Shown in pieces: positions 11,088 through 19,318 of a DNA stretch of 64,000 nt; within the stretch, counting starts at the first letter, position 1; the number at the start of each line of letters is the position of its first letter. The translations under genes were made by a program, and so were the position numbers. The DNA lies in assembly GCA_050633305.1 (NCBI GenBank), contig JBOEGF010000005.1, positions 320,001 to 384,000 on the forward strand, in the 5' to 3' direction. This stretch comes from Nannocystales bacterium (GTDB lineage Bacteria; Myxococcota_A; Polyangia; Nannocystales; Nannocystaceae). The notes beneath the pieces were generated by a model. It was not told the DNA's origin, searched no databases, and saw only the letters and a list, made by a program, of their open reading frames with translations.

Positions 11088-12296
11088 ATGGAGCGCAACA
11101 TCCGGCTGTACCCGCTGTATCAGGCAGCGCGTTCGAGTGCCTTTTGGCTTCCGGTGTTCATCCTGTACTTCTCGTCTCGCTTCGATGCGGCTGAGGTCTT
11201 GCAACTGGAGGCGATCTACTACGCCTCGGTTGTGTTGATGGAGGTGCCGTCGGGGTACCTCTCGGATCGCATCGGCCGCAGACCCACACTGTTGTTGGCC
11301 GCGGTCTCGTGGATGGTGGGCTACGCAGCTTTGGCGTTCGGCGGTGCATGGTGGGTATTCGCGGCAGGACAAGTCGCCATCGCGGCGGGGATGGCCTTCA
11401 ACTCCGGGACCGACAGCGCGCTTGTGTTCGACTCGCTGTCGGCGCTCGGGCGAGCGCGTGACGTCGCTGCGGTCGAGGGGAGGGCACAGTCGTGGGCTGC
11501 GACCTCGATGGCTGTCGCTGCGCTTGCCGGCGGGCTACTCGCCTCGGTTGATCTCAGGCTCGGCCACGCTTTGTCTGCGGTCGGGTCCGCAGCGGCTTTC
11601 GCCTTCGCGATGTTCATCCAAGAGCCTCCGCGGGTCGCGAACGCGCAACGGCCGTGGACACAGCTTCGGGGCGTCGTGACGTCTTTGCGAGATCCCGCGC
11701 TGCGATGGTTGTTTGCGTTTTCCATCGCCATGACGGTGTTCAACCACGTGCCGTATGAGTTGGCCCAGCCCTACCTGAGCCTCGTCCTTTCAGAGCTTGG
11801 CGTTCGCGGATTCACGCCGGCCGCCTCAGGCCTGATGATGTTCATGATGATGGGCGCTGCCGCGGTGGCGAGTCGGTTCTCGGAGCCGGCCTCCCGTCGC
11901 GTCGGTGTTGCGCCGGTGTTGCTCGGGGCCATGGTGGTGCAGGGCATCGTGATCGCGGGGCTTGCCGCTGTCGTTCATCCCGTCATCGTGATCTTGCTGC
12001 TGCTTCGCTCCGTCCCAGGGGCTCTATCGCGTCCGCTCGAACTCCAATGCGTGTTGCCCAAGGTGGGGGCGCACCAGCGCGCAACCTACCTGTCGGTGCA
12101 GAGTTTGGCCGGGCGGTTGGCGTTCACCGGGGCGTTGACGCTCGGCTCGGGCATGGTCGGTTCGCTCGAGGACCTTGGTCCTGCGGCGATCTCGCGTCTC
12201 GCGGGTGGGGCCGGGCTCGCGTTGCTCATCGCGGTGGCCATTCTCGCGTGGACCCGACGAGCGGTTGGCCTTGGGGACGGTGACTCGAGCGCGTGA
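11088..12296 (+). CDS. MFS transporter
   Basis: EVPSGYLSDRIGRR motif A, NSGTDSAL; about 12 TM. Confidence 0.9.
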   Translation: MERNIRLYPLYQAARSSAFWLPVFILYFSSRFDAAEVLQLEAIYYASVVLMEVPSGYLSDRIGRRPTLLLAAVSWMVGYAALAFGGAWWVFAAGQVAIAAGMAFNSGTDSALVFDSLSALGRARDVAAVEGRAQSWAATSMAVAALAGGLLASVDLRLGHALSAVGSAAAFAFAMFIQEPPRVANAQRPWTQLRGVVTSLRDPALRWLFAFSIAMTVFNHVPYELAQPYLSLVLSELGVRGFTPAASGLMMFMMMGAAAVASRFSEPASRRVGVAPVLLGAMVVQGIVIAGLAAVVHPVIVILLLLRSVPGALSRPLELQCVLPKVGAHQRATYLSVQSLAGRLAFTGALTLGSGMVGSLEDLGPAAISRLAGGAGLALLIAVAILAWTRRAVGLGDGDSSA

Positions 12297-12360
12297 GGAA
12301 AAGCCCGGCCTTTTGGACACGTTTTGGGACGCCTCCGGACACCAAGTCTCGTAAAGACGA

Positions 12361-13056
12361 ATGAAGGATCCAGCTAGCTCGGCAATACATGTCGTGGGAC
12401 CCTCATGCTCTCCCGTGGACGAACACCTCGACGCAGCCGCGCTGTATCGCGCTCACGCCCAGTTCGTCGCTCGATTCCTAATGCGAATCGGAGCGTCGGG
12501 GGAAGACGTGTCTGATCTGGTCCAAGAGGTGTTCCTCGTCGCGCATCGGCGCGGGGGGTTCACAATGGGACGCGCGAAGCCGACGACGTGGCTCGCCGAG
12601 ATTGCGTTTCGCGTGGCGTCCGACCGCCGCAAGAAGGCACGGCGTCGCCTCGAGGACTCCAACGCGGAGGTGGTGGCCCTTGCGCCAGCGGTCCCAGCGT
12701 CCGCTTCACCGGGCCAGAAGGCCGAGGCTCGTCAGGCGCTGGCTCGGGTTCAGCGGGTACTCGATACCCTCACGCCGGAGAAGCGCGCCGTTTTCGTGCT
12801 CTACGAGCTCGAAGGTCAGGCTTGCGACGCGATCGCGACGGCGCTCGACGTCCCGGTTGGTACGGTCTATAGCCGCCTGCACTCTGCACGGCGCGAGTTC
12901 ACCAAGGCCCACGCAGCCCTCGAGGGGTCTGAACAACGCGCGCGTGCGCCTATCCCCACCCAAGCTGCGGCTGCGGCCGCCGCGAGGAACGACGCGGATG
13001 GTGACGTTGGGGCGAAAGCCACGTCGCACACGGCCGTTGTCGGAATGAGTTCATGA
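12361..13056 (+). CDS. ECF sigma-70 factor (start may be GTG 12415)
   Basis: DVSDLVQEVFL, TTWL..IA (region 2); VFVLYELEG...EIA-like helix, VPVGTVYSRLHSAR (region 4). Confidence 0.9.
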   Translation: MKDPASSAIHVVGPSCSPVDEHLDAAALYRAHAQFVARFLMRIGASGEDVSDLVQEVFLVAHRRGGFTMGRAKPTTWLAEIAFRVASDRRKKARRRLEDSNAEVVALAPAVPASASPGQKAEARQALARVQRVLDTLTPEKRAVFVLYELEGQACDAIATALDVPVGTVYSRLHSARREFTKAHAALEGSEQRARAPIPTQAAAAAAARNDADGDVGAKATSHTAVVGMSS

Positions 13057-13832
13057 TGTCCGATCCTACCCGTCTACTCGATGACCCCGCGATTGGGGCG
13101 AGCCTGCGCGCTGACTTGGCGCAGGCGAAATCCGTCGTGCTCGAGGGTCTCAACACGTCCGCTGGGGCGGCGAGTCTGAGCGCTGCGCTCTCCGGGGAAA
13201 CGGCCGCCACTGCGACAGTTGCGGCGGGCGCTGGCATCAGCAAAGTGCTGGCCCTTGGTGCCGCGGGTGCGGCGACCGTCGGTGCGCTTACGTGGTTCGC
13301 GGTGCGGGACCCCGAGCCGGATCCCGGGCGCGTTGCTGCGCCCGACGTTGTCGCAGTCATCGCAGAGGCCACCGAACCCCCCGCGCCTGCCCAACGCCCA
13401 GAGATGGCGGCCGTGGTCGTGCCTCCGAATCCGCCCGCGGTGCAGAGCCCACCCCCAATCCAGGTCCCAACCGCCCAGCTCCAGACCGACCGAAGTTTGT
13501 CGGAGCCGGAGGTTTCCGAGCTCAAGGCCGTCCCGTCGGCTCGGAAGCGAACTCCAAAAGCGGGCAAACGAGCGGACTACCTGCGAGAAGCCAGGCTCAT
13601 CTCCGACGCTCGTGCCGCACTGAAGACGGACGCCAGCGGTGCGCTCGAGCTTCTCGAGAAGGCACGGTCCGAGTTTCCTCGCGGTCTCCTGGCGGAGGAG
13701 CGCGACGCATTGACCATCCTCAGTCTCGCAAAGCTCGGCCGGTCCGAGCAGGCAAAAGCGTCGGCGAAGCGCTTCCTCGGGAAACACGACAAAAGCCCGT
13801 ATGCGGCGGCGGTCCGCCAGGTGCTCGACTAG
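13053..13832 (+). CDS. Putative anti-sigma factor: N-terminal domain, one TM, Pro-rich linker, C-terminal TPR-like domain
   Basis: ATGA overlap with the sigma gene; EARLI..AR.AL...FPRGLLAEER..L.I..L..LGR motif. Confidence 0.7.
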   Translation: MMSDPTRLLDDPAIGASLRADLAQAKSVVLEGLNTSAGAASLSAALSGETAATATVAAGAGISKVLALGAAGAATVGALTWFAVRDPEPDPGRVAAPDVVAVIAEATEPPAPAQRPEMAAVVVPPNPPAVQSPPPIQVPTAQLQTDRSLSEPEVSELKAVPSARKRTPKAGKRADYLREARLISDARAALKTDASGALELLEKARSEFPRGLLAEERDALTILSLAKLGRSEQAKASAKRFLGKHDKSPYAAAVRQVLD

Positions 13833-13993
13833 GGGCCGTCCCCCAATTCGATGAAACGGCCATCGCGGCACCCCCAGAGCCCATGCCGTCGTTCGTCATC
13901 GGTTGCTTGCGCCCGACAAGCGCCCTCTTCATGCCTTGGCCTGGACTCTGCTGACACCCCTCTGACCATTCCACCGAGTTGGGGACGGACCCT
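13831..13993. repeat. ~160-bp imperfect inverted-repeat element (REP-doublet/MITE-like or structured RNA)
   Basis: Arms 13832-13862 and 13963-13992 match 24/31 as reverse complements; inner arms CAGAGCCCA/TGGACTCTG. Confidence 0.7.
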
Positions 13994-14206
13994 GGAGCAC
14001 ACGCTTCCATCAGCCCCGACCTGGCTCTTGGTGTCGGGGTCTCAGTACGCGCGGACTGACATCTCATGACGTTGTCGTACCGTGCGGCAGATCTGCCCGA
14101 CCGATGAGTGGCCTGCGACACTGTGCTGTGTCGAACGTGGGGTAGCGCTGTAACTGAAGTCGCTGTCTCATCGCAGATGGCGCCGATCCTCTGCTAGGCT
14201 CCGCCC

Positions 14207-15427
14207 ATGGAGTTGAGCTGGCATCGCGCGTTGTGTTGCGTCGCGCTCATCTCAGGCTGTCAGGTTCGCGGACTCGTCGGCTCCAACGAGAGCGCCGATG
14301 ACTCCGGAGGTTCCGCGGTGGTGTCCGCTGGAATGGAAGGTGGCGGACACGGTGCTGATACTTTCACGTCCGGTCCTGAGGGCGGGAGTGGGGGGCAAAG
14401 CGCGAGTGGAACCCGCGGTAGTACGGGGGCCGAATCCGACGATGCCGCCTCGTCTTCGGGGGACCTGCTGCCCCGTCTCGACGTGGCGCCCGGCGACGAC
14501 AACGAAGTGTGTGCGCCACCTTCGTTCCCTTCCTGCGACAGCGTCGGTCACGGTGACCTCAAGTGGCAGCGGGCCATCGGGTTGTGCGAGGGCGACAGCC
14601 ACGCGGTGTACTCCCAGACGACGCGACCCGGAGCGGTGTCGATCGTCAACGGTCGACTTGGCGGACGGAAGAGCCCGTTCTTCCCCCGCGAGGGGCAGAG
14701 CATGGTGGTGCTATCGACGGGCGACGCTTCCGAGTTGAAGCTGACTCCGCAGGAGCTTCACAACAAACACCCGATCGAATGCGAAGACCCGCTGTTCTGT
14801 CCGAGTTCCGATCTCGGCGGCGCACGGCGCGGGGTGTTGCCTGCCCCGATGACGTGGCGTCCGGTTGAGAACGAAGGCGACTGCGCGGAAGACCCGTGGC
14901 TCATCGGGGAAGGCGACTGTTCGAACAGCCTCGCAGGTCCTTGGCTCGGCGGCGATGGTGCGTACGACTATGGCGAGCTCCGTATGCACGCCGAAGTCCC
15001 CCGATTCACGGATGCCCTCGAGTTCGACTTTGCGTTCTTCTCCAGCGAGTACCCCGTGTTCTCGCAGGATGTCGATGTGGCCTACAACGACATGTTCGTG
15101 GCTTGGCTCGAGTCCGAAGCATGGACGGGCAACGTCTCGTTCGACGATTCGCTGCAGCCGATCACTGTCCACAGCGTGTTCATGGACTACCGCAGCCCGA
15201 GCGAGTCCTGCCCGGAATGCGTTGCGCCCGAGCTCGAGGGCTTCGCGATGGAGCATCACGCCGGCACGAAGTGGCTGACGACAAAAGCGCCGGTCATCCC
15301 GGGGGAGACGATCGACCTGGTCTTCGCGATCTTCGACCTCACGGACGCGTCGTTCGACAGCATGGTCTTGCTCGACGGGTTCGAGTGGTCGTGCAGCTCG
15401 AGCCGCCCGATCACAACCGAAGGCTAA
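14207..15427 (+). CDS. Lipoprotein with choice-of-anchor L-like domain
   Basis: Lipobox ISGC, Ser/Gly linker, LSTG and FDFAFFSSEYP...YNDMF...D..D..FDS.V.LD motifs. Confidence 0.75.
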   Translation: MELSWHRALCCVALISGCQVRGLVGSNESADDSGGSAVVSAGMEGGGHGADTFTSGPEGGSGGQSASGTRGSTGAESDDAASSSGDLLPRLDVAPGDDNEVCAPPSFPSCDSVGHGDLKWQRAIGLCEGDSHAVYSQTTRPGAVSIVNGRLGGRKSPFFPREGQSMVVLSTGDASELKLTPQELHNKHPIECEDPLFCPSSDLGGARRGVLPAPMTWRPVENEGDCAEDPWLIGEGDCSNSLAGPWLGGDGAYDYGELRMHAEVPRFTDALEFDFAFFSSEYPVFSQDVDVAYNDMFVAWLESEAWTGNVSFDDSLQPITVHSVFMDYRSPSESCPECVAPELEGFAMEHHAGTKWLTTKAPVIPGETIDLVFAIFDLTDASFDSMVLLDGFEWSCSSSRPITTEG

Positions 15428-15547
15428 GGGCTCCCCGCCGGTGGGACGAGCCGCCGCGGAAGTCGCGCATTGCGGACGGAAAAATGGGCTCAAAAAAAAT
15501 GCCTTCGGCATGAAGGAATCCGGGCCCCATGGACATTCATCCAATGT

Positions 15548-15664
15548 GAGGCCCTGAAGGTTTCACCGCTGCCGGGGATCCCCCCGTCAGTGTCAGTCCA
15601 GACAAGGTCGGCATCCCTGGCGCGAGTCACGTCCCCCTAACTTCGTGGCTCGCGCCACTTTTTT
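15548..15664 (+). ncRNA. Candidate ~117-nt sRNA with C-rich segments (5' end approximate)
   Basis: Upstream A-tracts plus GGAATC-N16-TCATC; hairpin CTGCCGGGGATCCCCCCGTCAG; ends in a terminator with a TCCCCC loop. Confidence 0.4.
15618..15664 (+). terminator. Intrinsic terminator
   Basis: TGGCGCGAGTCACG-tccccctaactt-CGTGGCTCGCGCCA (14 bp, one U-G pair) then CTTTTTT. Confidence 0.85.
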
Positions 15665-15670
15665 GGTTCC

Positions 15671-15721
15671 GCGAACAAAGAAGCGCCCGACCTCGGGGAG
15701 GTGGGCGCCGCATTCGTTCGC
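15671..15721 (-). terminator. Probable terminator of the minus-strand gene ending at 15741
   Basis: GCGCCC-g-ACCTC ggg GAGGT-GGGCGC hairpin; TTCTTTGTT follows on the minus strand. Confidence 0.55.
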
Positions 15722-15740
15722 AGGATTGACCTGTCGAGTT

Positions 15741-16223
15741 CTACAGTCCGTCGAGCGGGTTGTCCCCGCCGCCGACATCGATGTTGTCCTCGCGTTTGTT
15801 ACCCGGGTTCACCTTCACCGAGACCTTCGACTTCTTGTCGTCGCTCTGGAACGTGATCCAGGTTTCACCGCTGGCGGACTTGGTCGACTTGAGCCGCTGC
15901 TTGCCGCCGGTCGAGTAGGTGAGCTCGACCGAAAAACCGTCGTCCGTGGATTCGACGTAGACGACCGCCTCGTGCTTCTTCTTGCCCTCGTTGAGCACCA
16001 GCACCAGCTCCTCCCCCGTCTCCATCTTGTGCCCCGGGTGTTGCAACGTCTTGCCGCCGGTCTCGATCTTGAGCTTCACGAACACCTTCTCCGCCGCTGA
16101 AGCGGGGGTGGCGGACGGAGTCAGGACGGGTGCAGCGGACGCGCTCGCGGGGGCGACCGGAGCGGTCAGGAGGGCGGCGAACGCGAGGGTCAGCAGCATG
16201 GCCGGCTTGAGACGGGCTTGCAT
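15741..16223 (-). CDS. Secreted Lys-rich beta-strand hypothetical protein
   Basis: Sec signal MQARLKPAMLLTLAFAALLTAPVAPASASA; strongly biased codons. Confidence 0.75.
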   Translation of the reverse strand: MQARLKPAMLLTLAFAALLTAPVAPASASAAPVLTPSATPASAAEKVFVKLKIETGGKTLQHPGHKMETGEELVLVLNEGKKKHEAVVYVESTDDGFSVELTYSTGGKQRLKSTKSASGETWITFQSDDKKSKVSVKVNPGNKREDNIDVGGGDNPLDGL

Positions 16224-16269
16224 AGAGAGATATTCACCCTGACCACAGCGAATCGGCAAGGTTCCGTAC

Positions 16270-17469
16270 TCACGTGGAGCGAAGATCGAGGGTCGCAACG
16301 CATTCGACGTGGTGCGTGTGGGGGAACATGTCGACCGGCTGAACATCCACGAGGTCGAATGCGCCATTTTCGCCACACAAGACCGCCAGATCTCGTCCAA
16401 GGCTGGCTGGGTCGCAGGACACGTAGATTACGCGGCGAGGCTTGAAATTCGCCACCGCCTCGAGCGCCTCGGGGAGACAGCCACTGCGCGGTGGGTCGAG
16501 GATCACGACGTCGACCTTCTGCTCGAGTTTGGGCAGTAGCAGCTCTGCCCGGGCGCAGATCAGTTCGACGTTGTCGAGTCCCGCGAGCGCCTTCTTCGCA
16601 GCTTCGATCGCCGGAGCACTCTCTTCGATCGCGATCACCTTGCCCACGGTGTCAGCGAGAAGCGCGGCGAACGTGCCGACTCCCGCGTAGGCATCGGCGA
16701 CGACGGTGTCGGCGTCCCCTTCGACGCGGGCTCGGACCACGTCGATGAGTTTCTCGGCCTGCGGCCGGTTCACCTGGAAGAACGCGCTGGCTGCGACGAG
16801 AAACTCTCGCCCGTGCAGTCGCTCGGTGATGTGCTGTTGGCCGGTCTCCAAGCCGTACTCGGTCAGGTCGAGCTTCGGTTGAATCATGACCTGGTCAGCG
16901 TCGGCACCCACGCGGATGTTGCACTGCGTGGCGTCGTTCAAGTTCCCCTGAAGCTTGGCCAGGACGCCGTTGATACGCGGGTCCATGATCTTGCATTCGG
17001 GAACCTCGAAGAACTGCCGCTTGAACCGGCGGATGTACCCGAGCTTGCCGTCGCGGACCGTGAACCGGGCGTGGTTGCGGTAGTTCCAGGGGTCTTCAGC
17101 ACCGATGACCTCGGACACGGGAGGCTCCTCGAAGTCGCCGAACTTGCGGAGCTGGGCGCGGACCATGTCGCGCTTGAGCTCGAGCTGGTGCGGGTATGCG
17201 ACGTGTTGGAACTGGCAGCCGCTGCATCCCTCAAAGAGCGGACACGGTGGCTCCACTCGGTGTGCGGACGTGCTCGTGACCTCCTCGACGTCGACAGCGA
17301 CGTAGTTGCGTCGGACCTTTCGGATCTTGACGCGTGCTTCTTCGCCCGGGATCACACCCGCGGCGTAGATCGGCAGCGCCAGTCCCTTGCTCGCGATGCC
17401 ATCGCCACGGGGGGCAACTTCGTCAAACCGAATCGTTACGGTCTCGCCTTCTTCGAATTCGCGCGTCAT
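16270..17469 (-). CDS. rlmD: 23S rRNA (uracil-C5)-methyltransferase, RlmD/TrmA family
   Basis: TRAM-like N-terminus, CPLFEGCSGCQFQH Fe-S motif, FFQVN, DPPRSG, YVSCDP, DMFPHTHHVE. Confidence 0.92.
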   Translation of the reverse strand: MTREFEEGETVTIRFDEVAPRGDGIASKGLALPIYAAGVIPGEEARVKIRKVRRNYVAVDVEEVTSTSAHRVEPPCPLFEGCSGCQFQHVAYPHQLELKRDMVRAQLRKFGDFEEPPVSEVIGAEDPWNYRNHARFTVRDGKLGYIRRFKRQFFEVPECKIMDPRINGVLAKLQGNLNDATQCNIRVGADADQVMIQPKLDLTEYGLETGQQHITERLHGREFLVAASAFFQVNRPQAEKLIDVVRARVEGDADTVVADAYAGVGTFAALLADTVGKVIAIEESAPAIEAAKKALAGLDNVELICARAELLLPKLEQKVDVVILDPPRSGCLPEALEAVANFKPRRVIYVSCDPASLGRDLAVLCGENGAFDLVDVQPVDMFPHTHHVECVATLDLRST

Positions 17470-18074
17470 TCGTCTTCCAAATCGAGGTCCCACCGGACCT
17501 CCGTCCAAGTGCTGGCCCGCAGCGACTGAAGGTTCTCGGTGATCCACAGCATCGTGTCGTCGTCCTCGGAGCCGTCGAGGGCGAGTTCCTGCCATTGGCG
17601 GCGGGCAGTCACATATGCCTGGGCCATCGCAGACCAGTCGTCGTAGGCGTCCTGAAGCCGCTGGGCGATCGGGTCGATCATCGACCAGCTGTCGTCGTCT
17701 TCGACCATCCCTGCCGCCGCTCCGAGTCGCGCGACGATGATGAAACGCAGCAACTCCCACGCATTGTCGGGGTTGGGGGAGCTGCCGAGGTCGCGGAGCG
17801 TGTCGTGCAGCTCTCGCGGGCCGTGCACATGCCACCACCGCTGCAACATGCGGCGCGCCTCACCACGAGGGAGGTGGCCGTAGTCGCAGTCACGGCTCAC
17901 AAGTCGGACCGCGGCTTGGCACCACCGACGAGCGGGGAGCTTGGCGTCGAGGTCGGCCTGGTTCTGCTTGGCCTCGCGCGGGGTGGAGCGGCGCCGACTC
18001 GTCAGCCAGGCGAGGACGATGAGGGCGCCCGCGCCGGCGAGCATCCACTGCCAATGTTCCAGCAGCCAGTTCAT
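17466..18074 (-). CDS. Membrane-anchored DUF1266-like protein
   Basis: N-terminal TM; L..WW.V, AWELLR...AR, Y..W..M...Y..AR..W pattern; overlaps both neighbours by 4 nt. Confidence 0.65.
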   Translation of the reverse strand: MNWLLEHWQWMLAGAGALIVLAWLTSRRRSTPREAKQNQADLDAKLPARRWCQAAVRLVSRDCDYGHLPRGEARRMLQRWWHVHGPRELHDTLRDLGSSPNPDNAWELLRFIIVARLGAAAGMVEDDDSWSMIDPIAQRLQDAYDDWSAMAQAYVTARRQWQELALDGSEDDDTMLWITENLQSLRASTWTEVRWDLDLEDE

Positions 18075-19021
18075 CGGGTGACCGGCTCCAACAGCTCCAA
18101 CGTGCAGTCGTCGGCCCGCAGTCGGACGCGGGTTCCGAAGGGCAGCGCCATGTTGCGGCCGCTGTCGTGCCCAAACTCGAATCCGGTCACCACGGGTACG
18201 CCAAGGGTGCCCAGTCGCTCCAAGACGACCTCTTCGGCCGAGGGGCCAACGCCGGGCTTGGGTCGTTCGCACATGGAGAGCTGCCCTACCAAGACCCCGC
18301 GAACACCTCGGAGGGAGCCGCTGCTGAGTAGGTGTGTGAGCGCTCGATCGATACGGTAGGGCGCCTCGTTGATCTCTTCGATCGCGAGGATGTTGCCCCG
18401 CATCGGTGGGAAGAACCGCGTCCCGACCAAGCTTCGCAAGACCTCCAAGTTGCCTGCGATCAGTCGACCTTCGACGGTGCCGCCGTGCAGCGCCGAGCCT
18501 TCTGAGGCGACGATGGGCGGAGGAACTTCGCCACGAAGGAGGTCGAACAGGTGGGCGACATCTCCGGGGTGAAGTCCGCTGAGTTGCGTGAGGACCGGCC
18601 CGTGGATCGTTGCGACCGAGGCCGCGACCCAGGCCCAGGACAACAACGCGGTGACGTCCGAGAACCCAACGATGGATTTGGGGTTGCGGCGCAGGCGAGC
18701 GGGGTCGAGGCGGCTGAGCAGACGCGTGAGACCATAGCCACCACGCGCGCACAGGATGACGCCCGGGTCGGGTGCCGAGAAAGCGGTGTGCAGGCCTTCC
18801 GCCCGCTCGTCGTCTGGACCGGCAAAGTAGCCATCGGACTCGAGGAGGTTGCTCGCGAGTTCGACGGGGTGCTCGTCTCCCAGCGCCCGCTGGAGTGAGC
18901 GCATCCCTTTGTCCAGCCGGGAGGCCTCGACCGGGCCCGAAGGCGCAACGACATGCACGTGCGTTCCTGGGCGCAGCGCAGGCGGAACATTGATTCCGGG
19001 CGACTGGGTGGGGGCGTTCAA
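18071..19021 (-). CDS. ldcA: LD-carboxypeptidase, peptidase S66 (LdcA/MccF)
   Basis: VAPSGP, ARGGYG, GFSDVT (catalytic Ser), GNL, EEINE, FGH. Confidence 0.92.
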   Translation of the reverse strand: MNAPTQSPGINVPPALRPGTHVHVVAPSGPVEASRLDKGMRSLQRALGDEHPVELASNLLESDGYFAGPDDERAEGLHTAFSAPDPGVILCARGGYGLTRLLSRLDPARLRRNPKSIVGFSDVTALLSWAWVAASVATIHGPVLTQLSGLHPGDVAHLFDLLRGEVPPPIVASEGSALHGGTVEGRLIAGNLEVLRSLVGTRFFPPMRGNILAIEEINEAPYRIDRALTHLLSSGSLRGVRGVLVGQLSMCERPKPGVGPSAEEVVLERLGTLGVPVVTGFEFGHDSGRNMALPFGTRVRLRADDCTLELLEPVTR

Positions 19022-19151
19022 CGGGGGCGGACTATATCAGGCAACGGCTGGACCCCTGCATGGAACCGCGATTGTGGAGCTCGTCGTGGCGCGGGCAGCA
19101 TCAGGGGCGGCAGCCCGTGCGCGAGCTGGGCGTTCTTGGGGGCCGAGGCCC

Positions 19152-19231
19152 GCGTTCGGGGTGTTTGAGGGAGGGGACTTCGAAGACAGGGCGTTCGGGG
19201 TGTTTGAGGGAGGGGACTTCGAAGACAGGGC
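19152..19231. repeat. Perfect 39-bp tandem duplication (2 copies) in a divergent intergenic region
   Basis: GCGTTCGGGGTGTTTGAGGGAGGGGACTTCGAAGACAGG at 19152-19190 and 19191-19229. Confidence 0.97.
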
Positions 19232-19318
19232 CTGTGACAGCCGAATTCCGGGCCACGAGGCGGGTCCGGTCGGAAGTGGGCGAGACGCACGTGCGTTCCA
19301 CCTTGGGCTGGGTGAACG

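Noticed and set aside
19152..19231. 39-bp repeat as a CRISPR array
   Set aside because: Two abutting copies, no spacer, no cas genes
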